DNA of 63,410 bases, filler included, from Dicyema japonicum (GCA_011109175.1; 6 parts of 6 records of this genome joined end to end with filler, not necessarily neighbours in it); one strand, 5' to 3'. Counted from the whole stretch's first letter, positions 26,780 to 40,379 are shown. A program made the numbers and translations. Notes: generated from the sequence alone by a model not told the origin.

Positions 26780-26880
26780 AACCCGGTCTCAATAACTTGT
26801 TAGAGACCATCAGCTATTAAATGGACGCAGCAGATGCTGGTCGCTCCCATAGATCGATCAGTGCTGGTATTGTAAAAGAA
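26780..26880 (+). repeat. Interspersed repeat, copy 2
   Basis: taacttgttagagaccatcagctattaaatggacgcagcagatgctggtcgctcccatagatcgatcagt. Confidence 0.7.
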
Positions 26881-29151
26881 CTTTGCTAATTCATGACATT
26901 CAAATAGATGATTTGTTGTCAACTTCTAGAAGTTGCAAAAAAGACAGAGGACATCGTACGTCAATAGAAAGGGATAGTGCCCATATCGTAGACGATCCAG
27001 GTTTTTTTACCTGGATGTAGCTTGAAAGAGAAAATTCTGATGTATCTATTGGAGAAATCACTGATCTAAAATATATAAAAAAAATACTTCGGCGGCATTG
27101 ACAGCTCTGCAATTGTCAAACACGTCTTGGATTTTTAATATTCCAAATTCTTTTTGTTTTGATTATTTTGATGACGAAATTCCAATCAAAACCTTTTAGA
27201 TACTGTATTTTTCCTTTTTTACGAATCTACTGTACATATATTCTAATTTAGCTCAAATTAACCACTGTAAATCTATCCATAAACGATTTGTTTTTAAAAT
27301 AAGTCTTCCAAAATTTAATAAATAAATTTGTGTCTCCGAAAACCCAGTCACTCGACCGATACGTGCTTGTGTGGCGTCGAGGAAGGAGGTGTGATTGGAT
27401 ATTCATACCTATCTAAATAATCGACAATAGACTTAATTAAAACTCACAATTTCCTCTATAGTGTGATAAAATCCCAAATAAGAAACAAACTACGACACTT
27501 AGATTCTTCATTTGATGATATAAGATATCAAACGAAGTGTATAAATTAACAAACGTAAAATCACATAAAGTTTTTTAAATAACATTAAAGCTTTATAAAT
27601 AAGGATAAGTTTACATAATTTCTACCCATCGATAAGATTCAGAAATCTGCATCTCACTTAGTTTTGTCTAATTAACACATACAAAATTTAATTACAAAAT
27701 TACATAATTTCTCTAATTACATGAGGATTTTTTGATATTCTCAATAACCGACAAATAAACTAAAATATAATTGCCAAGTCTCATAAATCGTTTATAAAGT
27801 GAAGATCGAATTTTATAATAACCGTCAAAATATTATTTAGTGTTGAACAAATAAACTTATCTTTATGCGAAATAAAAAATAACATTAACCAAATTATGTA
27901 TCANAGCGATTTGTTTTTAAAATAAGTCTTCCAAAATTAAATAAATAAATTTGTGTCTCCGAAGATTCAGTCACTCGACCGACACGTGCTTGTGTGGCGT
28001 CGAGGAAGGAGGTGTGATTGGATATTCATACCTATCTAAATAATCGACAATAGACTTAATTAAAACTCACAATTTCCTCTATAGTGTGATAAAATCCCAA
28101 ATAAGAAACAAACTACGACACTTAGATTCTTCATTTGATGATATAAGAAATCAAACGAAGTGTATAAATTAACAAACGTAAAATCACATAAAGTTTTTTA
28201 AATAACATTAAAGCTTCATAAATAAGGATAAGTTTACATAATTTCTAACCATCGATAAGATTCAGAAATCTGCATATCACTTAGTTTTGTCCAATTAACA
28301 CATACAAAATTTAATTACAAAATTACATAATTTCTCTAATTACATGAGGATTTTTTGATATTCTCAATAACCGACAAATAAACTAAAATATAATTGCCAA
28401 GTCTCATAAATCGTTTATAAAGTGAAGATCGAATTTATAATAACCGTCAAAATATTATTTAGTGTTGAACAAATAAACTTATCTTTATGCGAAATAAAAA
28501 ATAGCATTAACCAAATTATGTATCAATAAATTTGAGTCATTCTATAATAAATTATAATTATTTGATTTTGTCATTATTTTTTAAAAATTGCAAAATTTTC
28601 AAGAAACTAAACTTCTGAATTCCTTTTTTGAATAGCTCTCAAAAGTAAATTGGTAAAATACGGGTTTAATAATTCATAATTAATTGAGAATACAGACAAT
28701 TCGAAAAATTCTAAATTCTTGGCTAATCTTAACAAAGGTATGAATTCACACCATATCGACATTTCTGCTGTTTGTTGCTTGAATATGGAATGAAGTTCAT
28801 GTTTATTCAAAATTGATAAAACTTAAGAAATGTCACTCAACATTATTTAAATCAATTATTTATGGTATAATTTTATTAAATTTATTAATTCTCATTATTT
28901 CAAAATCACTAGCATCAAGGAAACTTAAACATTTTGATGACTAGGATCTCAGGACAGAAAACATCTTTTAGATCATCCAAGTTCATCCGTACGTCTCTAG
29001 AGGGGTCGGTGACCACAGTAGAAAAACTTATAAATATGACTAATTTTGAATTCGTATTTACCTTTTAATATTTTATATTAAAATAATTTTATTAAAATAA
29101 TAAAAAATATTAATTTTATTAGGTCATATATAAAATTTTATTGACCTAATA

Positions 29152-29497
29152 ATGGATATACCTCCTTCTTATGAAGAATCATCTTATCCGAAAAATCCAA
29201 ATTATGGGCAGCCAACTCACCAACAACCTCATTATCAAAACCCTTCTCCACAATACAATCCAAATTATGGGCAGCCAACTTACCAACATCCTCATTATCA
29301 AAACCCTTCTTTACAATATAATCCAAATATTCCAGCCAGTCATGTATTTAACATAATAATTTAAGCGTTGTCATTTTAAAGACTTCTATCCACCACATGC
29401 TATCGGAATTGGTATTCTTCTTTGTCCTATTGGACTCCTTTACATTATTTACAAGCGAACAACGAAATGTGTGCATTGCGGAACCATTTATCTTTAA
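29152..29497 (+). CDS. BRI3-like membrane protein, copy B (inverted paralog)
   Basis: Exon 1 spans 29152-29343, followed by an identical 22-nt intron at 29344-29365. Exon 2 is RCHFKDFYPPHAIGIGILLCPIGLLYIIYKRTTKCVHCGTIYL*. Confidence 0.75.
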
Positions 29498-31990
29498 TTA
29501 TTGCCTCATCTAACAATTGTTGGTTAATGGATTTTAATTTTTATTAATTTGATAAGTAAACCAATAAGAGAACGCAGTGTCACCGATAATTTTCATAACG
29601 GCGAATACAAAGTCATCGTTTTTGAGGAAAACGGAAGGAACCTTATCCAGTGTGATAAGATGGCAACATGACACATTGTGCGTCAAAAAGAGAAATGCAT
29701 CGATCCAGAATTAACTTGTTGAAGAAAACAATTCCCTCGCTGATAAAAAATATGGAATAAGGGAACTGTCTCGTCAAACTAAGGAAATCCGATGTGGTTC
29801 AAAAACAAACCGGAAAACGTCAGAGGAACCCACTTGCTATCGACACTGAATCAACTTGTGATATCAAATAACCCCATATTCATTAAAAGAACCCATTACA
29901 GAGCAAACGAAAAACCGTCTAACGAAAAAAATAGAATTGCTGACAATTTTTCCGAGGAAAACATCGAATCACACCTCGTTAAAAATTATCAAATGATGCG
30001 TTGTTTTTTAAGGTTTAAGTTCTCAGAAGAAAAATCAAATGCAATCACGTTTTTTGGACGTAACAAAAATGTTGACAATGAGGCAATATTTTAATAAACT
30101 CAATCCTGGGATATCAGAAATGATTCAAGGAATAGCAACTATAATATACCATGTGACATAATATGTCACAGCCTATAAAATTACTGATATACGCAATTCA
30201 CGAAGGTTCATTCTGAAAAATGATAAACTGAGGAGGAAATTAGATCCTCGATAAAGTTAGGATTGAAGAAGAGATTACAAAACGACTTGAAGAAAAAAAA
30301 GGATAGAATTCTTGTTTCCATAACCAGAATAGCCAAACAAAGATTTGCAGCTCACGAAAAAGAACAATTAAAAATTAGGAAAAGAAGGACTTGAGAAATC
30401 TCCAGAACGAAAAGACGGACTATAATAAAAACCCTCGAGCAGACTCCTGGTTTATTTCTAATAAATTTGAATACAAATTCGATTTAAAACTTTTGAACAA
30501 AAATTCTCGTGTAAATGTTTGACTAAAATTTCAAAATAATAAATATTGAATAACGTGCGAAACTGGGAGAGATAATACAGTATAGCCAAATTTGGCACCA
30601 TTTGTAGATTTTTTTGACTGAACTCCAGTCATGCGATAAAAAAATTTCATAAAGAATCATTCGAAAACAGAAATGCGGTGGAGAAAAGAGACCTTGACGT
30701 GAAAAAATAAATTCTTGAAAATGACAGAGAACTCAAACAAATGGTTTTTTGGTCGCCGGGAAAGAAATGGCTCTTGGATCAATGCTTTCCCAATCAGAAG
30801 TATTGGAACCCACCTCTACGATGATACACTCCGCATCGGTATCTCAATCAGACTCAAATGAAAATTGCCGACTATTATTAATCACAACCTCCAAATTGGA
30901 AAGGATTCAAACAATATGTAGATATTGTTGCTGATCACTTGCAGTTACACAATATATCTTCTCTCGAACAGATTGTTGAATGATCGACTTGTCTAAAAAA
31001 ATCAAAGAAGCTATTTATCCCAAATAAGCCTACGCCCTTCCGCTTCAAGAATCTCAGATGCAGACAAACATCCCGAAGGGAAACTAATGTAGCATATTCT
31101 TTTTGTCTTGTAATAAAAATAAATCGAGTGGAATATAATTGATGTGAAGCAATATATTACAACTATAAATGATATGGACGACAAGACAGAAACGTAGAAT
31201 CAATCTTGCAGAATACAATTAGTAATATATTGAACACATAATGTTGAGCAACAATCAAATATGAATAACCTATAGTATTTATATAAGAATTTGCAAAAAT
31301 AAGACAGACCAAATCCATCAGTGAATATTGACATGTATAACACAGGTAATAGCTCCAATATGATAAAACTGTAGGATAAGTACAATAAATATTGAAAATT
31401 GATTAAATAGACAAAGAATCTGGATAAATAGAAAATAGGAAACAACAAGGAGCGTCACAAAAACGCCGGGTTGTCTTATTACATTTAAATTTAATCCGTT
31501 TAGGTTTACCGTTCTAAAATATTAATTTAATTTAAATTTATTTTTTTAATTTTATTAACCCCAAAATTAAGAAAAAGAGTATAAGTGTAATCGACTAATT
31601 AAGTCATCCCGTTGTGAAAATTGAACGTCCTAAAATCTATCATAAAGAGCCCTTTTTAATTCTAGTCTTTGTGAGATCCCAATAATGAAGCCTTCATCAT
31701 CTAAAAAGGTATCCAAAACTTGAGCCAGACACCGCTTTCGGATGACACTCCCAACACAAACATGAACGGTGTTGGTTAGATTACATCAACAGATAATCAA
31801 AAGGCTTTCGGCATACAACTTCGTCCAGACCCTGTTGAGAGAACGTGGAAGATAAGACAACTGATAGGTAGGACTTCAAGCCTCACGAGCATTACCGACA
31901 TCGTATTCAGTAGAAAAATTCAAAGAGAGAGTTAGAATCCTCATGACAAGGGTATACATTCATTAGCGACGAGAGATATGGGTGGAGAGA

Positions 31991-32108
31991 GATGTCTACA
32001 GGGTTGCGAATTGCAATCCCTGCGAATCTGATTTACAGTGTGGCCTGCTTCCATCCCGAGAGGGAATAGCCACGCAGTCAGCGTGACCGCTACATGACCA
32101 TTTTTTTC
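31991..32108 (+). ncRNA. Candidate structured RNA (unidentified)
   Basis: Two adjacent hairpins, the second capped by TCCC-GAGA-GGGA (GNRA loop), followed by a T8 run. Confidence 0.25.
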
Positions 32109-32799
32109 ACTTTTTCCGTAATAAATTGTTTATCTACAATGACCATCATTTACCAACTAACAAAATATTAACTCCAATTGAACTCCTGCGACTACTCCTT
32201 TCATAAATTGTTATTTACTCATGGTCTCTCCGTGAAGGAAACCGGTAGCTAACAAGAACATAAAATCCAAATACGGCGCTTCCACAAACACAATAAAATG
32301 ATAGGCTGTGACCAAGAAATTAAAGGTTGACCCAGGATGAGAAGAGAGACTCCCATATTGTCATCGGGAAAGCTGAAAGGGGAGAACACTAAGTCGACAC
32401 CTAAATTGAAATATTTTGTTTCTAGACAAAACAGTTCGTAAGGCATCATAATTATTTTAACTCCCAAGAATTATTACTTAAAAAAATCCCTTATTTTTTA
32501 AGACTTGTCCTATTCCACTAAATTTTTTGTATCAAATGAGACTCAAACCCAGAGCGTATGTATCCAACATTTCCTACTATATTCACTGTTTCCTGAGTTC
32601 ATCCATTCATATTAGAAGATGATAGAATGGACACACCCATTCTGAACAAGTGAAGACATTTCAAACAAGGGAAGTGCTCCACCAGCACAACCTTCTAACG
32701 AATTACCCACTTGAAGATTGGTTAATAAAGTGAAGATAAGGGATCAAAATGTAAACATTGAAACTTGTGGCTAAGAAAAAGACTTATTATTATTAGCAC

Positions 32800-33300
32800 T
32801 TTCACGAAAACCATTATATTTATAGCCCCGCATGTGTAGCAAAAAATATAAGAAAATTAGTTAGGTTGCTCCAAGCTCTTCTGTTCTTTGCTAGGTCCCT
32901 CAGTGAGTTCAGATTGTACCAGATGCCAATGTTTTCTTCAGGGCTTTCAGATCGTTTTGTAGAACGACCGGGAGGGTAGTTCTCGGTCTTCCACGAAAGC
33001 GTTTTACATTGGAGGAGTAATAATCTTCCATTGCAATATTCGGAGGGGATATCGGGTCCAAACTCAGGACGTGTCCAAAAAGTCTCCAACGAGACTAATG
33101 ATCTCGCGGCTTAATGGTGTACAGTCACACTTATTGTACAGTCCATTCCGCGAGATCTTAAATGGCCAGGATATTCCAGTTATGTTTCTTAGATGATTCC
33201 TGTGAAATGAGTCTAGCCTCTCCAATTCCTCTTTAGAGGTGGCCCAGGTCTCAGAGTTGTATAGTAGGATTGGTTTGATGAAGGTGTCGTATAACATAAT
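32800..33300 (-). mobile_element. RTE-clade LINE 3' end
   Basis: LYDTFIKPILLYNSETW...LDSFHRNHLRNITGISWP and LRDLAKNRRAW, frameshifted. Confidence 0.85.
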
Positions 33301-33939
33301 CCTTTTTTTATGTTATAGGGTTAGGGTTAGGCTTACCGTTTAGCCAAAAAGACTTATGATACAAAATTACTGCAATTGTCATTATAATTAAATAAGCATT
33401 TTAGAAAGAGACCCCATACTACATCTCCCAAATGATTAACAAAATGATTCCTAGTAAATTCTAGAGGATCTGTTGTGAGTCTTGAGTATCTATTAATTGC
33501 ATTGTAGTTTGTCGAAACGCTTGGACGCTATAATTGAAGTCTCAAGCGGCAATTTTATACATAAATGTCATTTGTAGCTCATTTTGACTTATGGCTCTTC
33601 TGACTATGTAATCACATCCATGTCCCCTGAATTTGATGCCAAAAGTTATCATTCACATTTNNNNNNNNNNNNNNNNNNNNNNNNNNNNNNNNNNNNNNNN
33701 NNNNTTAATTAATTAANNNNNNNNNNNNNNNNNNNNNNNNNNNNNNNNNNNNNNNNNNNNGGGCACTTAATGCCCACCGAAAAAGGACCTCTAGAACTCT
33801 GACCCCTAGGACATCGTCGCCCCAGGACGATCAATTTGCGCAGGATCGAACCTTTCCGGAGAATCTCCATTGCTTGCGAAGTGCATCGGGGATCATGGGG
33901 ATTATAATTAACTGGCTTATTTCTTTGAATTAATGACCA

Positions 33940-34420
33940 GTAGATTTCCTGCTCTTCTTAGGCAGTGATTTGTCATCACAAAATTAGAAGAGTGTTCTTT
34001 TCACTTTGTTACTAACTGACTCCAGCCCTCTTCCGAAATCATTTTCTGAAAGATAAAGTCTTTCTTTGTTTTCCGATTGCAGTGGATATGACTGTCCATA
34101 AGAATTCGACGGATATTCTTATCAATCTGTTCAAACTCTTCGGGCTCAATATTAATCAGTCTAATGTAATAGTTATAATAGGAAAGTGCGTGTTCGTTTA
34201 TAGCCTTTAACAAGTTTGCTGAGATAATTCAGTTGACGTTTCGAGAATGCAAGCTTTCATAGACAAAGACTTGACATTCGTCGCAGATTTTTCAACGTTT
34301 CTTTCCAACCCAGCTAAGTCAAAAAACGATTTAACTTCTTCCACCATCATTACCATTACGTCATTATGATGCGAAAACAGCTTTATATCGTCCATAAATA
34401 TGAGGTGGTTAGTAGCATAT
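33940..34420 (-). mobile_element. R4/Dong-like RT fragment
   Basis: NHLIFMDDIKLF...NVEKSATN and AINEHALSYYNYY..INIEPEEFEQID. Confidence 0.8.
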
Positions 34421-34786
34421 GCGAACTAATTATTAAATAATTTCATTTAAAATTAACTTAAAAGATAACGTTACAATTATTGGGGCATCACGTCTAAATC
34501 AAAAAAATTATCTGTTTGCTAGTGAATTGGCATCGATTCACAATGTACAAGTGACTTTTTTTACCTATCATTAAAAAATTTTATATGATAGTAATCAGCA
34601 ACATAAGTCAATAAAATCAATTTCAATACAGAGTTAGACTTTAGTCTAAAAATAATGATTAATTAAAAAAATGTCAAAAAAAGTGTTTTAGGTCAATTTG
34701 GTCAATTTTTAGATTTTTTAGGTCAATTTTTTAATGTTTATATATTTTTTAAAATTCAACAATGAGACAAAATTAATGTTGATTAA

Positions 34787-36580
34787 TTAAACGGGCGAGA
34801 AGCCGACGCGATCGAGAACGATTTGATGCCGGGATTGAAGGCGGACTTCGTCCCAAACAATTTGTATACGGTCGTCCGAGATTTCCAATCCTAGCGAGTG
34901 CCACTTCAGGACCGCAGATGATAACTCACAGGGCACGTAATGTTCAAAATCAGTTGAGAGAACCGTGCCCATGAGTTTCTGGCATGAGGAAAATGACGAA
35001 AGGTACGCAGGCAGTGCGACATCATTCGGGCACCGGAGTCCGAGGCCTCCATGGCGTACAGGGAGTGATGCTTGGCTCCATCCCAAAGAATCAAACTCGA
35101 CATTGCATATGGATTCAATCTTCGAACGAAGGGAGTTTCCAAGATCAGTAAGAATGTCCTCATGCAGATAACAAGGTGCGCTTCTGAGGGAGTAGAGTAA
35201 TTTGGGCAGGGCAAGAAAGTTTTTCGCGAGAAACAAACCGACGTGGCTGTCCAAAGTTGTAAGGCGGTCCAACAAACAAGTAAGCGTGGAATGTTTAATA
35301 CGAAGATCAGCCTTAATAGCGGTTGATAGAATGGGGATCCGAGGATCCGAGATCGTTGACATCAGTTGTGCGTACTTGGCCAAGACCAGTTCGGAAGGAC
35401 GATAGTAGATGGCCAAAGCGTTCATTACAAAGGTTGAGGCTAACTAGTTCCGATTTTGCGTAGTTAATCTCCAGTCCAATCTTGAGAAGTGCGGGTGCCA
35501 ACGATAGAGCGTTTTTGCAGATTGAATCTGGGGAGCCGCCGATGGTGCGTCATCCAGATACCAAATATTCATTTCAGAGGAGACCGACTGTGCTATTCCA
35601 TTGATGCCCAAAGAAAAGAGGAAGGGTCCTAGCGGATCGTCCTGTTGAACTCCCGTACATGAGGAGATAATATTCGATCCGAACATTAGAGAGCTGGGTC
35701 TTCCGTACGACAAAAGCGTCAGAGAGTACAAAATGGGAAAATGGTGGTGGTAATCTGAAAGGAAGTGATCCCGGCGGATGCAGTTGAATACGTTCTTAAT
35801 ATCGAGTTTGAGGAGGGCTCTTTCAAGGCAAGAAACGGCTAACACATTGGTGATATAAGATCTTAAGGCGTGGGTGGCAGCTTCACATCTATTCTTAACA
35901 GCAACTCCAAGTTGGACAGGCTCGAAAAATGGCACAGGATCAGAAGAAACGACTCTGCAGGCAAGCTAAGCGGCCAGCCTCTTGAAGACATTTTCAACAG
36001 CAATGGGGCGAACTCATCCATCAGTCTTCCTCAAGGCAGTGAGATTGGCAGAGAAGAATAAATCACCTGCGTACGAGATAATTTCGCCGGAGAAAAACCG
36101 ATTGCAAAGAGCAGTGATTGTCTTCAGCAGATAGATTCTTGCCTCGTCTGTAGCCGGGGACTTCAGATCGCGTAAGTGGCCAGGACGGAGACCGTCCACG
36201 CCACCACTGCTGCTGGGAAGGAAACATCCGATACAGTTTAAGATTTCAGATAGTGTGAACGAATGTGAAGGGGTTCCAGACAGGACTGGCAGAGGACGCA
36301 AATTAGTGGGGGTCGCCGATTGTTCAAGTTTGAATGCCTCGATAACCTTATCTGACGGAGGTAGAACAATGTCATCGGAAGAGACCAGTCGATCAACTGC
36401 TTTAACATTATTTTCCATAAGCTTGGCGTGGACTTTATTACGAAGGTCAGCATTTTTAGGCTTGTCCTTTGGAGGCGGCTCAGGTACAACGGCGGGAATG
36501 GGAAGTACCGTGTATGGGTTTTGGTCAAAGAGGGTGAGATTTTCCTTTAATTGGTCAATTTTTAGATAAAGACGTCAGGC
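34787..36580 (-). mobile_element. CRE-clade non-LTR retrotransposon, frameshifted RT
   Basis: SSGGVDGLRPGHL, LTALRKTDG, QLGVAV, LKLDIKNVFN, GVQQDDPLGPFLF, WYLDD and SLPVRHGGLGLR across several broken ORFs. Confidence 0.9.
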
Positions 36581-37084
36581 TACATCGTGCGCAGTGGAAC
36601 GATCATTTTCGATTCTAAACAAAATCTTAACAAAGGATAGGAATTTTAAATCGGAAAATGTAAAATATTACTTGATTGTAAATAACTCGATGTATAAAAT
36701 TAGAAAAAGATGTTTGCCAGGCACGGAAAGACTTATTTGCTACATATCGTCTTAAAAGTCTGATTTTATTTAGCTCTTCCAACGATTCTACATTCAGTAT
36801 TCCGAATTTGAATTCAGGATCATACTCTCCAGAGTTATATCTCGACTAAATATGTGCATTCCCGTGAGATAGAATCTAGCTGAATCCATTCATAGTCGTT
36901 TCTTTAGATTTTGGAAACCATTCTGTCATGTTAGGACGATATGAATTACTTGAAAAATCATTGGAATCATTTTTCTATAAAAATTAGTTAAATGAATTAG
37001 AAAATAAACTGTGATCTGATCGTTCTGAGAATTTATTTAAAAAATTCAAGTTACAATAATTATGTTTTAAGGCATTTTAATATA

Positions 37085-37503
37085 CAGTAAAGTCTCTCGA
37101 ATCCGCCGACTCTCGAATCCGCCATACCCTCGAATCCGCCAATTATAATTAATAAATTCTCTTATCCGCCATTTTTCCTAGAAAAAATTCTCGAATCCGC
37201 CAAATTCTCGAATCCGGCATATTTTTTATAATGAATCCGCCATGTGTCCTAATTTTAAATAATTTTTTTAATTAAATTTACTGATATATAATCAATTTAT
37301 TAACACTGATCCAAACTCTAAGAAGAAACAAGAAGAAACAAGTCGAAACTTACTGATTTTTTTGTTTTTAATTAATTATTTTAGCTTAATAATTTAAATT
37401 ATTAATGGATTAAAAAATCGATAAGTCTCTCGAATCCGCCAAATTCTCGAATCCGCCAGATTTTGCCGATCCCCGAAATTGGCGGATTCGAGAGACTTTA
37501 CTG
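37085..37503. mobile_element. pogo/Tigger-type MITE (419 bp)
   Basis: Perfect 23-bp TIRs CAGTAAAGTCTCTCGAATCCGCC with TA TSD; multiple internal copies of TCGAATCCGCC. Confidence 0.92.
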
Positions 37504-37949
37504 TACTATGTTTGGTCTATTTTAAAAAATATAACCCCAAAAAATGTCTATGAAAATTTCATATTTAGTGAGAATCAATTGGTCATTCACACACAAATAA
37601 GACATTAAACAAAATTGTTGATAATTATAAGAAATGTAACTGAAGACTTGGCATGAAATGAAATTTTACTCTCTAAGCTTTCCCAGTAATAACTTATGAA
37701 CGTGGCAGGTTTATTCAAAAAGAAATTGATGATCCACACAAACAGATCTAGTTGAAAAGTTTGATGGCTATTTTTAAAAATAACAAAATGGAAACTTGTT
37801 TCTAAAACATAAATTGCATTAAACATTGTTAAGATTTTTATTTATTAAAACAAAACAAAATTTAACTAAGGTTACACTATTTAATTGAGATTTTCACTTT
37901 TTATTGTTTGAAATTTCTCTCCTCCTTTTAGGAGGAGAATTTGCTACTA

Positions 37950-39545
37950 TACCATTTTCAGTTCAATTCTGACATTTTTTATATCTATTTTGACTTTGCG
38001 ATATCCAATATTGTTCACTCACCTTGCTCTCTATCTCTCCGCCGGACAGAGTTGTTATATGTCCCATAGCTTCAATTGACGTGTCCCGACAGCATGCCAG
38101 TTCCACAAGTTGGTCGGTAGCGGAGGCGTATTCTTCACCAGATACCCTCATCCCATGCTTGTGTTCAATTAACATACTTTTGAAAGTCTTTTTCAGTATA
38201 ACGGATTGGATATAGGTTCTTGTTGCTTTTTCAATGGTTATTTTATCCATGTAATTTTTAAAGCATTTCGAGACAACTCCATCCCAGTCAAAACCACCGG
38301 AATAGTTTTCACCTGTGCTTCATAGAGTATCGAAAGTTCATTTGCCAGTAGATCATACTTGTGGAATTTCTCGATTTCGACTTGTTTGAGGCGGTCTTGT
38401 GATGTAATGCCCACCTCGATTAAAGTTATTTCCTGCTTTATTTTGTCGTAGACAAAAATATCAGGTTTGTTGTATTGAACTTTTGTTTCTGTCATAATTG
38501 ACATATCAACTCGGATTTCAACATTCTGCGTCGATATTATAGACTGAACCGAGTGAGCCTTTATCTTTCTTCCATTTTTAATACCATAGACTCGACACAA
38601 ATGTAGATGGATACACCTTACAACTTCGTTGTGTCTTCGAAGATAATCACTGTTTAACATTTTACCACACTGGGTGGCCAAATGGTCGACAGTTTTCCTG
38701 TTTTTTTTGCAGTGATTGCATAAAGACCCCATGGATGCGAAAAATAAATTCCTGTCCTGCAAGAGACAGTACAATGCCTCACTCCGCGGCCGTTGTTTCC
38801 CTGAGATAACCACTCGAGGACATGGCTAGGTCAACATTTTGTTCATACATTTGAAAAATACAGAATGTGGGACTTTACAATTAATGTTTTTAAGCAAATA
38901 TTTTCTTTGATCATCTTTGATAAACTCAACATCCATATTCTCCATGTCGAGAATTGCATACTTGGAGGCGAGAAATCCTGCAATTGTAGCTAAGTGCCAT
39001 TTATTTGTTTTTATCACTCGCAGGATTCCCGACCTCCGTAAGCATACTGTCGACTGTCTTTCTAAACTTTTCAGGAACTGGAAGAGCATCAGTTCACTCT
39101 TGAAAGAAACCGAAGCAAGTCCCCCCCCAAAGACTTCCGGTTTAGTTGACGGTCAATACAATCAAATTCATGAGGCTCAATATTTAAAAGTCCAATGTAA
39201 TAGTTATGTAAGGAAATGGCATATTCATTTATAGCATGGAATAAGTTGACCGAATTTAGCTTTGTATTTGAAAGCATGGTTATCCTTTTTTAGCATTCTC
39301 AAGGATGGAATCCATAACTTTATTCTTGAGGGCATTACTGCCTTCATCCTTAAGTACACCCAAATAACGGTATTTTTTGACTCCTTCCAACGTCTCACAA
39401 CAAGATAACGATTTGACGCTGATTTTTCTGAATTCATCTTAAAACCAACAATTTTGAAAAGTCCGTCAACAGCTTCCATCATTTTAATTACTACATCTTC
39501 TTTAAGGGCGAATATCTTTAGATCGTCAATGAAGAATGAATAATT
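37950..39545 (-). mobile_element. R4/Dong-like non-LTR retrotransposon 3' half (RT thumb, CCHC, RLE)
   Basis: FIDDLKIF, AINEYAISLHNYYIG, CNHC..KTVDHLATQC, RHNEVV, KPDIFVYD...LIEVG and KYDLLANEL. Confidence 0.9.
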
Positions 39546-39739
39546 ATTAAAATAAGTCAACATATTTTGGGTCCTCCTGATCAATCTGGACTTTTGGGAA
39601 CATGGAGTTAAAACATTAATGAAGTTAGTGGATGTAAAAGCAAGCAAAGCCCCATAAGGAAGCAAATAGAAATCTCCAATTTCAGATAGTGCTTAGAAGA
39701 GTTTAATTTTTAAATTAACGGAATTAAATCAATCCCGAG

Positions 39740-40290
39740 GGAGACCCCCAAGCCTGGCCAGAAAATTCCAATGAAGTATGTTAAAGCTGATATTTTATCC
39801 GGATTAAATTTTGAGATATATTATTTTACAAAAGACAATCCTCCTCAAGATATCAATGTTATTTGCGACATTTTATATGCTTCCCAGTGTGCCTATTCAG
39901 CTTCGACTAAAAAATTTAGGCCACAAAACACATGTTTGGGAGATACCGAAGCCAAGATTTCAAAATTATCTGCAGAAGTGGAACTTGTAAATTGTTAATA
40001 AGACAAGCTCTGCTTCAAAGTAAAAAAAATGTGATGGATGTTCTATGTCGTTTATGGATATAAAAATTCATAAAAGGAGTGCTTTCGAGGATCGAATCTT
40101 TGCTACATCACCTAATCAGAATTAAGAAAAAACAAATATCTGTGTACTCAAGCAATGACTTTCATAAAGATAAAGTTTGCTTTGAACTAAATAGGATAAG
40201 ATTTTACAGAAATTTATCAGAAAGCAATGAAATGACTTTATATGCTTTTGATGATGAGGAGTTATCGAATTTAATAAGGACAATTACTTA
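39740..40290 (+). mobile_element. N-terminal ORF fragment of the same R4/Dong-like family
   Basis: ILYASQCAY...FELNRIRFYRNL parallels VLYAAQITY...FEFNRRLF at 52.8 kb, which directly precedes RT motifs. Confidence 0.55.
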
Positions 40291-40379
40291 ATTACACTAT
40301 ATAATTAAATTATTTTCTAGAAGAAGAGTCTGTTACCAAATCCCTTTCATTCCTGATCTCCATTACAGGGTTAGTCACT

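Noticed and set aside
29790-30100. Gypsy protease-RT linker remnant
   Set aside because: Resemblance too weak to support
37085-37490. Interspaced TCGAATCCGCC repeats, CRISPR-like
   Set aside because: Too short and irregular; internal to a MITE in a eukaryote
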